In this document: positions 27,726 to 40,965 of the stretch, piece after piece
Layout: every line of letters starts with the position of its first letter
How positions within the stretch are numbered: the stretch's first letter is position 1
Assembly (NCBI RefSeq): GCF_009914755.1
Contig: NC_060928.1
DNA: 64,000 bases
DNA from: the human T2T-CHM13v2.0 reference genome, Homo sapiens
Direction: 5' to 3' (one strand)
Notes under the pieces: model-generated
Databases searched by the model: none
What the model saw: the letters and a program-made list of their open reading frames with translations, nothing else
Told to the model about the DNA's origin: nothing
Made by a program: the position numbers and the translations under genes

Positions 27726-30700
27726 TTTTTTTTTTTCTTCAACTTTTATTTTTAAGTCCAGATGTACATGTGCAGAAAGTGAAGGTTTGTTACATAGGTA
27801 AATGTATGCCATGGTGCTCTGCTGTACAGATCATCCCATCACCTAGGTATTAAGCCCAGCATCCATTAGCTATTCTTCCTAATGCTCTCCCTCCCCCAAC
27901 AACACCCCCTCTGACAGGCCCCAGTGTGTGTTGTTCGCCCGCTCATGTGTCCATGTGTTCTCATCACTCAGCTTCCATTTATAAGTGAAAACATGTAGTG
28001 TTTGCTTTTCTGTTTCTGTGTTAGTTTGCTGAGGATAATGGCTTCCAGCTCCATCCATGTCCCTGCAAAGGACATGATCTTATCCTTTTTATGGCTGCAT
28101 AGTATTTCATGGTGTATATGTACCACATTTTCTTTATGCAGTCTATCATTGATGGGCACTTTGGTTGATTTCATGTCTTTGCTACTGTGAACAGCATTGC
28201 AATAAACATACAAGTGCATGTATCTTTATAATAAAATGATTTATATTCCTTTGGGTATATACCCAGTAATGGGATTGCTGAGTCACATGGTATTTCTGCC
28301 TCTAGGTCTTTAAGGAATTACCATACTGTTTTCCACAGTAGTTGAAAGAATTTACACTGCCACCAACAGTGCAAAAGTGTTCCATTTTCTCTGCAAAGTC
28401 ACCAGCATCTGTTGTTTGTTGACTTTGTAATAATACCATTCTGACTGGTGGGAGATGGTATCTCATTATGGTTTTGATTTGCGTTTCTCTAATGATCTGA
28501 GTGACTGCTATGATTTCTGTTCTTTTGCATTTGCTGAGGAGTGTTTTACTTCAATTATGTGATCAATTTTAGAGTAAATGCTGTCTGGCAATGAGAATAA
28601 TGTATATTCTATTGTTTTGGAGTGAAGAATTCTGTAGATATCTATCAGGTCCACTTGATCTAGAGCTGAGTTCAGGTCCTGAATATCTAAGTTAATTTTC
28701 TGTCTTGATGATCTGTCTATTATTATCAGAGGGGTGTTAAAGTCTCTCACTATGATTGCATGGGAGTGTGAACATCTTTGTATGTCTCTAAGAACTTGCT
28801 TTATGAATCAGGGTGCTTCTGCATTGGGTGCATATATATTTATGATAGTTAGCTCCTCTTTTTGAATTGAACCCTTTACCATTACGTAATACTCTTCTTT
28901 GTCTTTTTTATCTTTGTTGGTTTAAATTCTGTTTCGTTAAAAACTAGAATTGCAACCCCTGCTTTTTTCTGTTTTCCATTTGCTTGGTAAATTTTCCTCC
29001 ATCCTTTATTTTGAGCCTCTATGTGTCTTTTCATGTGAAATGGGTCTCTTGAAGACAGCAAACCAATGGGTATTGGCTCTTTATCCAGCTTGCGATTCTG
29101 TATCTTTTAATTGAGGCATTTAGCCCATTTACATTTAAGGTTAGTATTGTTGTGTGTGAATTTGATCCTGTCATCATGATGCTAACTGGCTATTTTGCAG
29201 ACTTGTTTCTGTGGTTGCTTCATAGTGTCCCTGGTTTGTGTAATTCAGTGTGTTTTTGTGGTGGCTGGTAACAGTTTTTCCTTTCCATATTTAGTGCTTC
29301 CATCAGGAGTTCTTGCAATGCAGGCCTGGTGGCAATGAATTCCCTTAGCATTTGCTTCTCTGGAAAGAATCTTATTTCTCCTTAGTTTATGTAGCCTAGT
29401 TTGGCCAGACATGAAATTCTGAATTGGAATTTCTTTTCTTTAAGAATGTTGAATATTGGCCCCCAATCTCTTCTGGCTTATAGAGTTTCTGCTGCTATGT
29501 TGTCGTTAGTCTGATGGGCTTCCCTTTGTGGGTAACCCGACCTTTCTCTCTGGCTGCCCTTAACATTTTTCTTGCATTTCAACCTTAGAGGGTCTGATGT
29601 TTTATATCTTGGAGATGACCTTCTCATGGAGTATCTTATTGGGGTTTTCTGCATTTCCTAAATTTGAATGTTGGTCTGTCTTGCTGGGTTGGGGAAGTTC
29701 TCCTGGATAATATCCTGAAATAAGTTCTCCAACTTTGTTCCATTCTCCCTGTCTCTTTCATGTACCCCAATCAGTTGTAGCTTCAGTCTCTTTACATAAT
29801 CCTATATTTCTCAGAGGTTTTGTTCATTCCTTTTCATTCTTTTTCTCTATTCTTGCATGCCTGTCTTATTTCAGAAAGATATTCTTCAAGCTCTGAGATT
29901 CTTTCCTCTGCTTGTTCTATTCTGCTATTGATACTTCTAATTGCATTGTGAAGTTCTCATGTTGTGTTTTTCAGCTTACATTGGGTTACAAGATGCTTCT
30001 TTGGCTCAGCAGTTTGTTATTACCCACCCTCTGAAGCCTACTTCCGTCAGTTCAACCACCTCAGCCTCAGCCCAGTTCTGTGCCATTACTAGAGAGGTGC
30101 TGCAGTTATTTGGAGGAGAAGCACACTGACTTGTTGAGTTTTCAGCATTTTTGCATTGATTCTTTCTCATCTTTGCGGGCTTATTTACCTTTGATTTTTG
30201 AGGTTGCTGACCTTTGAATGGGGTTTTAGTGGGGTATTTTTTGTTGATGTTGTTGTTGTTGTTTTCCATTTGTTTGTTTTTCTTTTTATAGTCAGGCCAC
30301 TCTTCCATACAGCTGATGCAGTTTGCTGGTGGTCAGGTCCAGACCCTAGTTGCCTTAGTTTTTCCTGTACCTGGAAGTATCACTGGTGAAGGCTGTGAAA
30401 CAGCAAAGATGGCAGCTTGTTTCTTCTTCTGAAAGCTCTGTCTCAAGGAGGTACTGACCTATTGCCAGCCTGAATGAAGGTGTAGAGGCGGCTGGAGACC
30501 CCTGTGGGGAGGTCTCACTTAGTCAGGAGGAACAAGATCAGGGACTCACTTAAAGAAACAGTCTGGCTGCTTTGTGGTAGAGCAGCTGTGCTGTGTTGTG
30601 GGGGGAACCCTTCCTCATCCAGACCATTTGGACTTTCCAAAGCCAGCAAGCTGAAATGGCTGAGTCAATGGAACTGCAGAGATGGTGGCTTCCCCTCCTC

Positions 30701-31305
30701 CTGGGAACTTGGTCCTGTCTCAGGCAGATTCCAGCCTGTTGCCTTGGCTAGCTAATTCCAAGCCAATGGGTCTTAACTTGTGAGGTGCTGTGGAAGTGTG
30801 ACTTGCAGAACAGCACTGCTTAGCTCCCTGGATTCAGCCCCCCTTCCTAGGGATATGTACAAATGGATCTCCTGCCTTGCCGGGTATCCTGGGGCAGAGT
30901 ATGTAAAACTCCTAGGTCTCTGTGAGTGCCTGAACAACTGCTCCATCAAGACTCCACACAGCTCTGTGTATCAGACCCAAGGCCCTGCGGGCATGGGCCC
31001 ATGAGAGTATTTTCTGATCCAAGGGTTGCAAAGATCTGTGGGAGAAGGTGGTTTCCCAGGCAGGCTCGCACAGTCACTCACTGCTTCCCTTGGCCAGGGG
31101 TGGGGTTCCTTTGGCTCCATGCTACTCTTGGATGGGCTCTTACCCCACTTTGCTCTTCTTCATTCTCAATGGGTTGTTTGTCTAGTCAGTCCCAGTGTGA
31201 GAACCTGGATATTTCAGTGGAAGGTGCTGAATACACTCTCCCTTTTCATTTCTCTTTGTGAGTGCCATGGACTGCAGCTGCTTCTAATCAGCTATCCCGT
31301 CCCCG
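27726..31305 (-). mobile_element. L1PA (L1PA13-like) element with both ends present and a large internal ORF2 deletion
   Basis: Poly(T) at 27726, L1PA 3' UTR ('cagatcatcccatcacctaggtattaagcccagcatcc'), ORF2 C-terminal peptide (MSFAGTWMELEAIILSKLTQ), endonuclease peptide (DFNTPL...SRQKIN...LIDIYR...YSKIDH), ORF1 N-terminus (MRKNQCKNAENS) and GC-richer 5' UTR at about 30300-31305. Confidence 0.93.
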
Positions 31306-31684
31306 TGAAATCTTCTTTTTAAAATTGGAAGAATACATTGCAAGAAAAGAAGACAAAATACTGGGGTGCAATTGAAATTAAGAACTAACTATTTCAGGTC
31401 AAAAAGGTGATAAAAATTTTATTATGTGCTATAATCTCTTGTCTAATAAGAATTAATTCAGAACGTTATCATTGTCCATACCTGTAGAGTTATGAGGCAG
31501 ATATCACGTTTCAGAAAAATAGTCATATGTTTTAAATCAAGCAAGTATAAAAATCACAGGTATGTGCACACACATAAACCAACATTCCTACATCAACATA
31601 CTCTAATCTGCCCCAACTTAAAGAACTAAATTGTTATTAAACTTTATCTGCTACCTGCTAGTTTATGAAGTTCCCAGTAGTATA

Positions 31685-32068
31685 CAGACAGCCCACTACT
31701 TAACCATGATTCAACTTGTGATTTTTCAACTTTATGATAGATTTTTCAGGGTATTAAATGTATTTTGGATTTGTGCTATATCCAATTTCTAAAGGGGTAA
31801 TCTGGATGTAACCTCATTTTAAGTCAAGTACATCCAATCTTTTGGCTTTCCTGAGCCACACTGGAAGAATTGTTTAGGGCAACACATAAAATACACTAGC
31901 ACTCACAAAGGCTGATGAGCTAAAAAAAAAAAAAAATTACAGAAAACCCTCATAATGTTCTAAGAAAGTTTATGAATTTGTGTTGCACAGCATTCAAAGC
32001 TGTCCTGGGCCACATGCGGCCTGCAGACCACAGGTTGGACAAGCTTATTGTAAGTCTAGGAGCATCTG
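31685..32068 (-). mobile_element. MER47-like (TcMar-Tigger) MITE, split by MER30
   Basis: Termini 'cagacagcccactactta' and 'taagtctaggagcatctg', each flanked by TA. Confidence 0.75.
31825..32047 (+). mobile_element. MER30 (hAT-Charlie) with 8-bp TSD
   Basis: 'tccaatctttttggct...gggcaacacataaaatacact...gctgatgagctaaaaa...ggttggacaagctt'; TSD ttttaagt (31817-31824) / ttgtaagt (32048-32055). Confidence 0.9.
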
Positions 32069-32082
32069 TACATAAGTAGTGT

Positions 32083-32637
32083 GTATTAAATATCTATTGC
32101 TGCTTAACAAATTATCTGAAAATTTGGCAGCTTACTAAAACACACATTTATTATCTTACAGTTCCTGTGTTTTCACTTAGGTTGGATATTCCTGCTCATA
32201 GTCTCTTACAATTAAGCAATCAAGGATTCCACTGGGGTTTCAGGTATCTTAAGGTTCATTTGAGGAAGGATTTTCTTCCAAGCTCAGTCACGTGGTTGTT
32301 GGCAGGATCCAGCTCTTCACAGGTTTTTGAACTGAGGATGTCAATTCCTTGCCAGTCGTGAGCTGAGGGTCTCCATCAGTTCTTTTCCATTTGAGTCTGT
32401 CCATAGAGTGGTTCACACTGGAAGCTGATTTCCATCTGAGCAGGCAAGTGAGAAGGCAAACAAGACAGAAGTCAGTCGTTTTGTAACTTAATCCTTGAAG
32501 TGACAGCCTATTCCTTTCCCTATTCTGTTTCTTAGAACTGAATCACCATTCCACTCATGAGTAGAAGAGATTTCAAAAGGTGTGAATATCAAGAGGTAAA
32601 GTCTTGAGCTGCCTTCTTTAAGGGTGCCTTCCACTCA
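32083..32637 (-). mobile_element. MLT1 (MLT1F/G-like) MaLR LTR
   Basis: 'tgtattaaatatctattgctgcttaacaaattat', 'catttattatcttacagttcctgtg' and 'ccaagctcagtcacgtggttgttggcaggatccag'. Confidence 0.8.
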
Positions 32638-32746
32638 GTGAATGACATGTAGTCAGCACTTGATTAATATTTGTCAAATAACTGAATGAAGTATTATATT
32701 ATTAAAATATCTGTGAATAAACAAATGATATAATTCAAATCATAGT

Positions 32747-33106
32747 TGATACAGTTTGGCTGTGTCCCCACCCAAATCTCATCTTCAATTTTAACTCCCA
32801 CAATTCCCACATGTCCTGGGAGGAACCCAGTGGAAGGTAATTGAATTATGGGGATGGGTCTTTCCTGCACTGTTCTCCTGATTGTGAATGAGTCTTATGA
32901 GATCTGATGGTTTTAAAAAGTGGTAGTTTGTCTGCACAAGCTGTCTCTTTACCTGCCGCCATCCATGTAAGATGTGACTTTCTCCTCCTTGCCTTGCACC
33001 ATCATTGGAGAATTCCCCAGACACATGAAACTGTGAGTTCTCCAGTAAATCTCTTTCCTTTGTAACTTGCCAGTCTTTATTAGCAGCATAAAAACAGACT
33101 AATACA
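32747..33106 (+). mobile_element. THE1 (THE1A/B-like) solo LTR
   Basis: 'tgatacagtttggctgtgtccccacccaaatctcatc...acagactaataca'; TSD atagt/atact. Confidence 0.93.
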
Positions 33107-34350
33107 ATACTGAAATGAAATGTATTTCCATACTGAGGAATAACTTTACATCTAAAGCCAGCTGAATTAGTTTTAAGTAGCAAAATCTTTGCTTTAGTTA
33201 GTAAATCCAGGGAAGAATTTAATATAACGTATTTAATTATTACTATTTATAACCTGGCTTAGTTTGTAACTTGTCAAAAACAGACTAAGCTATTTACAAA
33301 GAAATCTGCTTTTAATAGGTAATCACAATCATAAATATCCTAGGTTAATATTAATATCACATTTTCATATTAAAGATATTGATAGTGGTCACTTCAATAC
33401 AGTACTTCCTGAGCAAGCAGTTTGCTGATACCAACAGATTTTGAAATCAGTGGAAATGCATATCCTCATTATTAAAATTGTGCATGTACATATGCTTGTA
33501 TGTTGTATATGGGTACATATTTATGCTAACTTTCAAATATAAATATTCTAAAGCATATGTGTATCTCCAAAAGACAATATTTATAGAACATAATGAATTT
33601 ATTACTATTTCCTATGTAAATTGAAATACTTTAGTTTCTCTCACATTTTTTAAATGCTGCTACCAGTTCTACTACACACTTTTCTTTGACAACAAGACTT
33701 GAAAATTAAGAAAGTGTACAAAATCAATTGTCCTTGAAAAAGGGCCACTATTAGAATAAGCTTTGCCTGTCTTTGGAAACTAAAGGCCAAGAGATTAAAA
33801 TTACCTTTGGAACCCATCAGAAAATTAATATATGTCTACATTCACTATAAAGCATTTAATATGACTAACTTTGAAGGAAAGAACTGTAACTATCAAATGA
33901 GGAAGGAGATACATTTTTAAATGTCCTTTTTGGGCAGTAACCAATACAATGCATCAAATTTTTACATGTTTTCATTTCACATGTTTTCACTGAAATGGAA
34001 GAGTGGCGAAACTCAAAAAGTAATGTTACCTGCCATTCATATTTCTAAGAACCCTCATGTTTATGTTTCTAATTTCCATATGAATAATTTAATGCTATTT
34101 TCCTCTTAGTTGCCTTTAAAATATTAGCATATACCCCTAGATCTTCTGATTCCTGATTTGCATCTGTAAAATTTTGTTGATAAAACAAAATATAAATTTA
34201 ATATGTGAATTGAGCAAATAATAGTAGTTAATGTTAATACCATAAAGAAATCTAATTTAAAAATGCAAAATTATATTTTATAGCTCTTTATATTTAGAAT
34301 ATCCTTTTATTTACACATAGCAGTGATCTAATGTTTATATTATCACCACA

Positions 34351-34800
34351 TACAGTGGACTGAATAGCATCCCGCAAAAAGGTATGTCCAAATCCTAACC
34401 CCTGGTACCTGTGAATGTAACCCTACTTAGAAACCTGATATTTGAAGATATAGTTAAGATCTTGAGATGAGATATTCCTGAATTTGGGGTGCGCCTTAAA
34501 TCTGATGACTGTTATCCTCATGAAAGAAAGAAGAGGGCTTCTTAGTACACATGGAGACAAGAGATAGCAAGGCTCTTGTGAAGATGGAAACAGTGTTGGA
34601 GTGATACATCTGAAGGCCAAGGGAGCCAGGGATTGTCTGCAGACATCAGAAACTAGGAGAGGGGCCTCCAAAAGGAACCAACCTGCATATATCTTGATTT
34701 TAGATTTCTAGTCCCTAGACCTGTGGAAGAATACATTTTGATTGTTTTAAGCCAACAAGCTTGTAATACTTTCTTATGGCACCCTTAGGAAATCAATATG
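34351..34800 (+). mobile_element. MLT1C-like MaLR LTR
   Basis: 'atgtccaaatcctaacccctggtacctgtgaatgtaacc', 'gaaactaggagaggggc' and 'tgttttaagcca'. Confidence 0.85.
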
Positions 34801-34861
34801 GGCCCATTAGCCAATACTAAAACAGATTCTTATTTTCCCCAAGTGAAAAATAATTAACTGA

Positions 34862-35184
<323 letters not shown>

Positions 35185-35861
35185 AAAATCTCTTTTAAAA
35201 TATGCTGAATTTCCATTTGTCTTGATAAATGATAGTGTACTATAGTGTTTGGACAAAGCAGTAATCATTAACTTTGAGTTGAAAGGTAAATTAAAGGAGT
35301 CACATGCTGGAAGTGTATAAATATTAGGACCAGCATAACTAATAATTTATTTACGCTTTCTATTTTTAATAGTCAAAGAATGACAAAAATCTAGTTAAGC
35401 TAAATCTAAAAGAGTTCTAATTGAGTAATAAAGGTAAAAGTTTAATTATTAGTTTTTTTCTCAAGATAGAACATAAAGCAATGGCATACCTTGTCAATAA
35501 ATCTTAGATTCAGTGATATATTTGTGACTGTCATATAGGCTACATTATTTGAAGGGTTGGTTGAAGAACAGTTTCTGCAAAATATCTTTCCAAAGAATCA
35601 TAAAGATAGACCTGCAAATGCTACATTGTCACTTGGCACAGTGGCCCAAAATGTCTGCTTTTCAGTAGAGAGGTTTATTCTGAAGTAGATGCAAATGTTA
35701 TATTCAGGAAAGTCTGTGCTATGGAGAGGTAAAATATACATTTTCATTTAAAATGCATATTTTCTTCTATTTTTATGATGTATTATTTTGTTTTCTGTTT
35801 GTTCTCTTTTCATTTGAAGTTTAAAATCCATCAAGGTAAAACTTGTGTATCTGGCACAGGG

Positions 35862-36262
35862 TATTACAGGCATTTACGTGTCAACTTGATTGGGCCATAT
35901 AGTGCCTAAATACTAATTCAACATTATTCTGAGTTTGTCTGTGAGGGTGTTTCTGAATGAGATTAACATTTGAATAGGTACACTGATAAAATAGATTACC
36001 CTCCTCAATGTGTATGGGCCTCCCACAATTAATTCAAGACATGAATAGAACAAAAAGGTTAAGTAACAGAGAATTTTACCTTCTTGATAGCTTGAACTGG
36101 GACTACATTGGTTTTTTTCCAGCCCTTGGCTGGAACTATACCACCTGTTCTCCTCAGTCTTCAGCTTGATGACTGCAGATCTTGTGACTTCTCAGCCTCC
36201 AAAATTTGCATAAGCCAATTTCTTCTAATAAATCAAACTCCTCTCTCTCTTCCTCTCTATCT
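35862..36262 (+). mobile_element. MLT2 (MLT2C/D-like) ERVL LTR
   Basis: 'gtgtcaacttgattgggcca', 'gtctgtgagggtgtttctgaatgagattaacatttgaat' and 'gaatagaacaaaaagg'. Confidence 0.85.
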
Positions 36263-36274
36263 CATAATAACAGC

Positions 36275-36527
36275 TTACCATTACTGTTCATTCACTGGAA
36301 GTAGATGTTTATAAATGTTTTCATCCTTGTTATCTTCACATTAAGTAGAGTAAGAAGGAAGAGTAAGAGGAGGGGTTGGTCTTAGTGTCTCAGGGATGGT
36401 AGAGACAGAAGAGGTGGAGGAGGTGCAAAGGGAGGCAGGAGAGGCAGGCACACGTACTTTTATTAAAAAATATCCACATATCAGTGGGCCCATGCAGTTC
36501 AAATCCATGTTATTCAAGGGTCAAGTA
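36275..36527. mobile_element. Tigger2-derived (Tigger2a/b) terminal fragment
   Basis: 'gaggaggggttggtcttagtgtctcaggg' and terminal 'gcagttcaaatccatgttattcaagggtcaa'. Confidence 0.8.
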
Positions 36528-36665
36528 CACAAATACATATACCTATACATATACACATATATAATATACACATATCTATCTCTATATCCATGTCTGTGTC
36601 TATGTCTATCTCTATATAAATACATGCATGTATGTTTATGTACCTGCATATGTGTTTGTATGCAA
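36528..36665. repeat. Degenerate (TA/CA/TG)-rich low-complexity tract
   Basis: Directly visible alternating purine-pyrimidine sequence. Confidence 0.8.
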
Positions 36666-36684
36666 GCATTTACTATACAGACTT

Positions 36685-37022
36685 CCCTCTTTTGCTGGTT
36701 TTGAAGAAATAAGCTTCCATGTTGTGTGAAGACCTATGCAGAGGACCATGTCAAGGAAATGCAGGCAACTTCTAGGAGCTAAAAATAGTTCCTGCTTAAG
36801 AAAATGGAGACCTCAATTCTGCTTCTGTAAAGGGATAAATGCTGCCAACAATCAGATAGTTTGGAAATTTATCTTTCTTAAGTCTCTGATGAGAATGCAA
36901 TCCTAGCCAACACCTGGATTGCAGCCTAACCTTGACACATGGAAACTGAGATAATAAACATGTATTGTTTTAAGCTGCTAAATTTGAGGTAATTTGTCAT
37001 GTTGCAATAAAAAACTAATACA
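36685..37022 (+). mobile_element. MLT1 (MLT1F/H-like) LTR 3' part
   Basis: 'gaaactgagataataaacatgtattgttttaagctgctaaattt...aactaataca'. Confidence 0.8.
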
Positions 37023-37589
37023 GTAATCAACTTTTCCACAATATTAATGAATAATCCATTATTTGTTCTTGTTCTATATTGCTGGCTTTTAGTAGGAATT
37101 AAACGATTTTATACACAAGTATATTTTTTACCTACCTGTTTCCATTTTGATCTGTTAATGTATTCTAGTAGTGGCTTATTCAGAACCCAGCACCTTTCTC
37201 ACTCTAGAACTGGAAAGTATTTCCTGGGTGATTAGATTTTTGTTAGCTTTGAATTAGAATTCAGATTTATTCCTATTAATTACTATTTAGTGACTCAGAA
37301 AAGAAACTGGCTAGCATTTACAAGCATTGTATCACTGAAGAATTTGTTTTGCAATTGAATTACAATCAAATTTTGAGTGGCAAAGTTTTTACGTTAGTAG
37401 TTGCCTGTAATCTAAGAAGTGATTGTTGCCATGAGAAAACCACCATATCGTTAAATGTTTCAGCAGGGTAGATAAGACATATACTTGCTTAAGGGTTATT
37501 CCAAATGACTAAGGAGATCCCTTTGTTGTCTAATATTCCATATTTATAAAAATAAGAATGACAATTGTTTTTTATCTCTTTTTAACGCT

Positions 37590-38060
37590 CTTTGTGCAAT
37601 TTTACTTCTTGACATTTATCCTATGGAAGTAATCCACATGTATACACAGGTATAGCTACAAAGACATTCAATTACTGCATTGTCTATATTAGGGAAATTT
37701 TGAAAATTACCTGAAAGCCAAATAATATGAGGCAGCTAAAGAATGAAAAAGAACCAAAAAGGTTGTTGTGGATCCACACTTCCTAACGTGGGCAGAGGCT
37801 TATGACTGCTATTGAGAGGAAAAAGGCAGGTTACAAAGTTAGATGTGTATGATAAGCCCACTTTTCTGAAAATCAAACATATATAAATAGACCAATAATT
37901 TAAATAATAGGACTTACACTAACATATTAGCAGTTAGTCACTCTACATGCCAAATCTTGGGATGATTTTTAGTTCTGTATTTTTGTTGTTACATATATTT
38001 ATATATATATTCTTTATATATATATATATTCTTTTCTCTTCCAGTTATTATGTGTTTAAT
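37590..38060 (+). mobile_element. L1ME-like 3' end remnant
   Basis: 'gcaattttacttcttgacatttatcctatggaa' and 'caaagacattcaattactgcattgtct'. Confidence 0.55.
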
Positions 38061-38939
38061 AATACAATCATTGACAGGGCTGGAGATGGTTTTCTGCAAC
38101 TCTCTGCTACAATCATGGTGCTTGAGAGGAGCTCATGAGGAAATATAACTTGGATCTTTCTTAGTATCTACTAGAGAGTCCTCCTATGAGCAGTCCAGAA
38201 TCCGCTTGCAGAACCACTTTCCAAATCACAAATCCAGGGATTTCCCTACCCCATGGAGGACTCGGGCCCCAGACATACCTCTCTATTATGGCCCTGACCA
38301 GAATAACACAAGAACCTTGGGTGGGTGGGACATTTTCCTATTTGGAGCTAAAAGCTCTTTCCTGAGCAGCTATGTGCCTCTGCCAGCAGAAGAGAGTGAG
38401 TGAAGACCCTCACTCATCCTCAGTTCTGAACTTAGTCAAAGCCCAGGGAGATATAGCCATTGGCCAAAGGTCAGCAGTGGCAACAATCATTTTTGTTTTT
38501 AATTCATTAATCTAATATCCTAGTTATCAGAAAATCTGGCACAGGTCTCTATTTTATCCTGTTGATTTGGCAGACTTAACATATTCTCCACAGAGAGGCT
38601 TTATTTCCCCACTTGGCTCAGTTTTCTTTTCCTGCTGGCAGTTGTCCCACCCTTAGGGCTTTGCAATCTCTGGAGAAGTGCTCCTGCTGATGCCCTCCTC
38701 CTCCTTGGATCTGTAAGCCAAACTGAATCACAGTGAAACACATTCCCCAGTCCTCACTGATGAACAATGTGGTAGAAGATGCATTTTGTATGTTCTGAAT
38801 GCCACCCATAATATTTACCTGAGTCTATAAAAAGCATAAAGTGTTTGTATATGTTATAAATTTCTCTTTTTACATTTTGATTCCTTAAGCCATCGAAGAC
38901 ATTTCAAGTTCAAATTTTAAGAAAACTAGGGCACTGTAA

Positions 38940-39210
38940 AGGAGTAGTAGGCAAGAGCATAATTCCTAATATCAGACAGATATAACTTGCTGGCTTTAAT
39001 GCTTGCTCTGGTACTTACTGGCCATATGACTTTGGAAATATAATTCAGCTTCATGAAGGCTGCAACTCTCACATCTCTAAGAAGGACATCACTCTTGTCC
39101 TTCCTCATGTGGCAGATAAGATGAATTAGCCAGATGATATATTTCTAGCACTTGTCAAAGCACTTGATATATAATTTTTGCTCAATAAATGGTATTCATT
39201 ATTATCAATA
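38940..39210 (+). mobile_element. MIR SINE (degraded)
   Basis: 'atcagacaga...gctctggtacttactggccatatgactttgg...gctcaataaatggta'. Confidence 0.65.
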
Positions 39211-39243
39211 TAACTATTAATAAGAAGAAGGTATTTTCAATAT

Positions 39244-39479
39244 CAGTGGTTCTCAATCAGAGGTGATTTTGCTCCCACCCTACCCCCCGACCAGAAGACG
39301 TTTGACAAGGTATGGAAAAATATTTTGTCACAACCAGGGAGATGGGTGAGGAGTTTCTATTGACATCTAGTGGGTAGAAGATAGAAAGGATGGAAAATAT
39401 CTTACAATACCCAGGACAATCCTCCGCAACAGAGTCATCCATCCCCAAATGTCAATAGTGCTAAGGTTGAGAAATCCTG
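39244..39479 (+). mobile_element. MER20 DNA transposon, full length
   Basis: 'cagtggttctcaatcagaggtgattttgc...caaatgtcaatagtgctaaggttgagaaatcctg'. Confidence 0.9.
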
Positions 39480-39761
39480 CCATAATTCTCTATGCTTAAC
39501 AACCTCCCTTCTCCAGCATTGATAGCATTTTCATTTGAAACAGCACACTGTCACAAAGATTTTAATTGTTCTTTTTTGTGTGTGTACTTTAAAGGCATGT
39601 CTATATATCTGCAGGCTAATTGACTTGCAGTGCAATAAATGATTCTATTGTATAAAATATTAGGTATAGAAAAGAAGCCTGAATGAAAAGCTTCTTATGA
39701 AATGATGGCAGACTCCTTTCTCACAAAATGCATTATTCACTAAAAACCAAATCATGTTGTT

Positions 39762-39839
39762 TTGGCCTTTCTTGAGACATACATATTTATTGGCCTTTCT
39801 TGAGACATATTTATTTGACCTTTATTGAGACACGTTTAT
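39762..39839. repeat. Three-copy 25-28 bp tandem repeat
   Basis: ttggcctttcttgagacat(aca)attta(t) twice, plus a diverged third copy. Confidence 0.9.
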
Positions 39840-40370
39840 AAAAAACTAGATCAAGCATCAGCTGTTATTAGTAAGTTATATAGGGATCTATACAAGTATA
39901 CCTAGTGATATTAAAACCCAGAACAGTGTTATGTTTAAGCAAAATAAGTTGCATTAGCTTATTATTGCATTTAGAGTTAATTTTTTCCAACATGACAATC
40001 TGAATATTTGCAAAGGTTAGCAGTTATGTTTAATCAGTAAAATTAATCAGTATTAGTGCATACTTTATAGTGATCAATCACATTCAATTTTAGGAACAGA
40101 GTTGATCACATTAGAATGTATTAGTGATTATTCAGACACTGAAAAAAATAGGCCGTTAGCTTTCATTTTATGTCACTAATATTATATATTACTAATACTT
40201 ATTTGAATACTTTGAATATTTTTCAGGTAAAATTAATGTCAATTGACAAAAATGGTTATACTTAAACATAGTAAATTGAACAAATGTCCTACACTAATAT
40301 ACATATTGATTTGGAATTTTTAGTCTTTTTCATCTAGATAACCTCAAAGGGCATATAAGTCTATATCCAT

Positions 40371-40407
40371 ATCTATCTATCCATCTATCTATCTATCTAT
40401 CTATCTA
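40371..40407. repeat. (ATCT)n / GATA-type tetranucleotide microsatellite
   Basis: atctatctatccatctatctatctatctatctatcta. Confidence 0.95.
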
Positions 40408-40409
40408 CA

Positions 40410-40965
40410 CCAATAGATTTACTCAAATTCCAGTTTCTCAGTGAAGTATTTCCTGAAAACTCTCTATAAAATAGTAGCCCCTTACACTCTCCCAACCCCA
40501 CATTTTCATTATTTTCCTTCCTTGTTCTGTTTTACTCCACATTATGTATAACAAAATGTAATATAGTATAACTAGTGTACTACATGTTTTATTTCTTTAT
40601 TTTCACAGTTATCTCCACTGCCACACACACTAGCGTATAAAAGAATATGTAAGTTTTTGGGTCTAGTGCACTAGGTTTTAATGACAGGTTACTAACTGTT
40701 ACTAACTGAGGGACCTGGAGCAAGTTAGGTAACCCCTCTGTTCCTCAGGATCCATGTGAATAATAACACTACCTACCTCGTAGAGCTGTTATAAAGTTTA
40801 AATTAGTTAATATATACAAAAGTGCTTAGCACATAGTAAGTACTATGGAAATGTTACCTTTAATAATCAATCTCACAAAGGTAGAAATTTGTTTTTCAAT
40901 GGTATATCCCATGAACCTATAACACACATGGCACCTGGTATGCAGTAAATGGCTTGCTTAAAGAA
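40410..40965 (+). mobile_element. L2 3' fragment interrupted by a MIR (about 40670-40860)
   Basis: L2 'actcaaattccagtttctcagtgaag' and tail 'ggcacctggtatgcagtaaat'; MIR 'gacctggagcaagttaggtaacccctctgttcctcag...aagtgcttagcacatagtaagtact'. Confidence 0.7.

Noticed and set aside
27968-30308. Endonuclease-like and ORF1-like peptides
   Set aside because: Disrupted L1PA ORF1/ORF2 remnants, and the RT domain is deleted.
38070-38810. GC-elevated segment resembling old ERVL-type LTR debris
   Set aside because: Similarity is too weak to name a family, and there is no coding or splice evidence.
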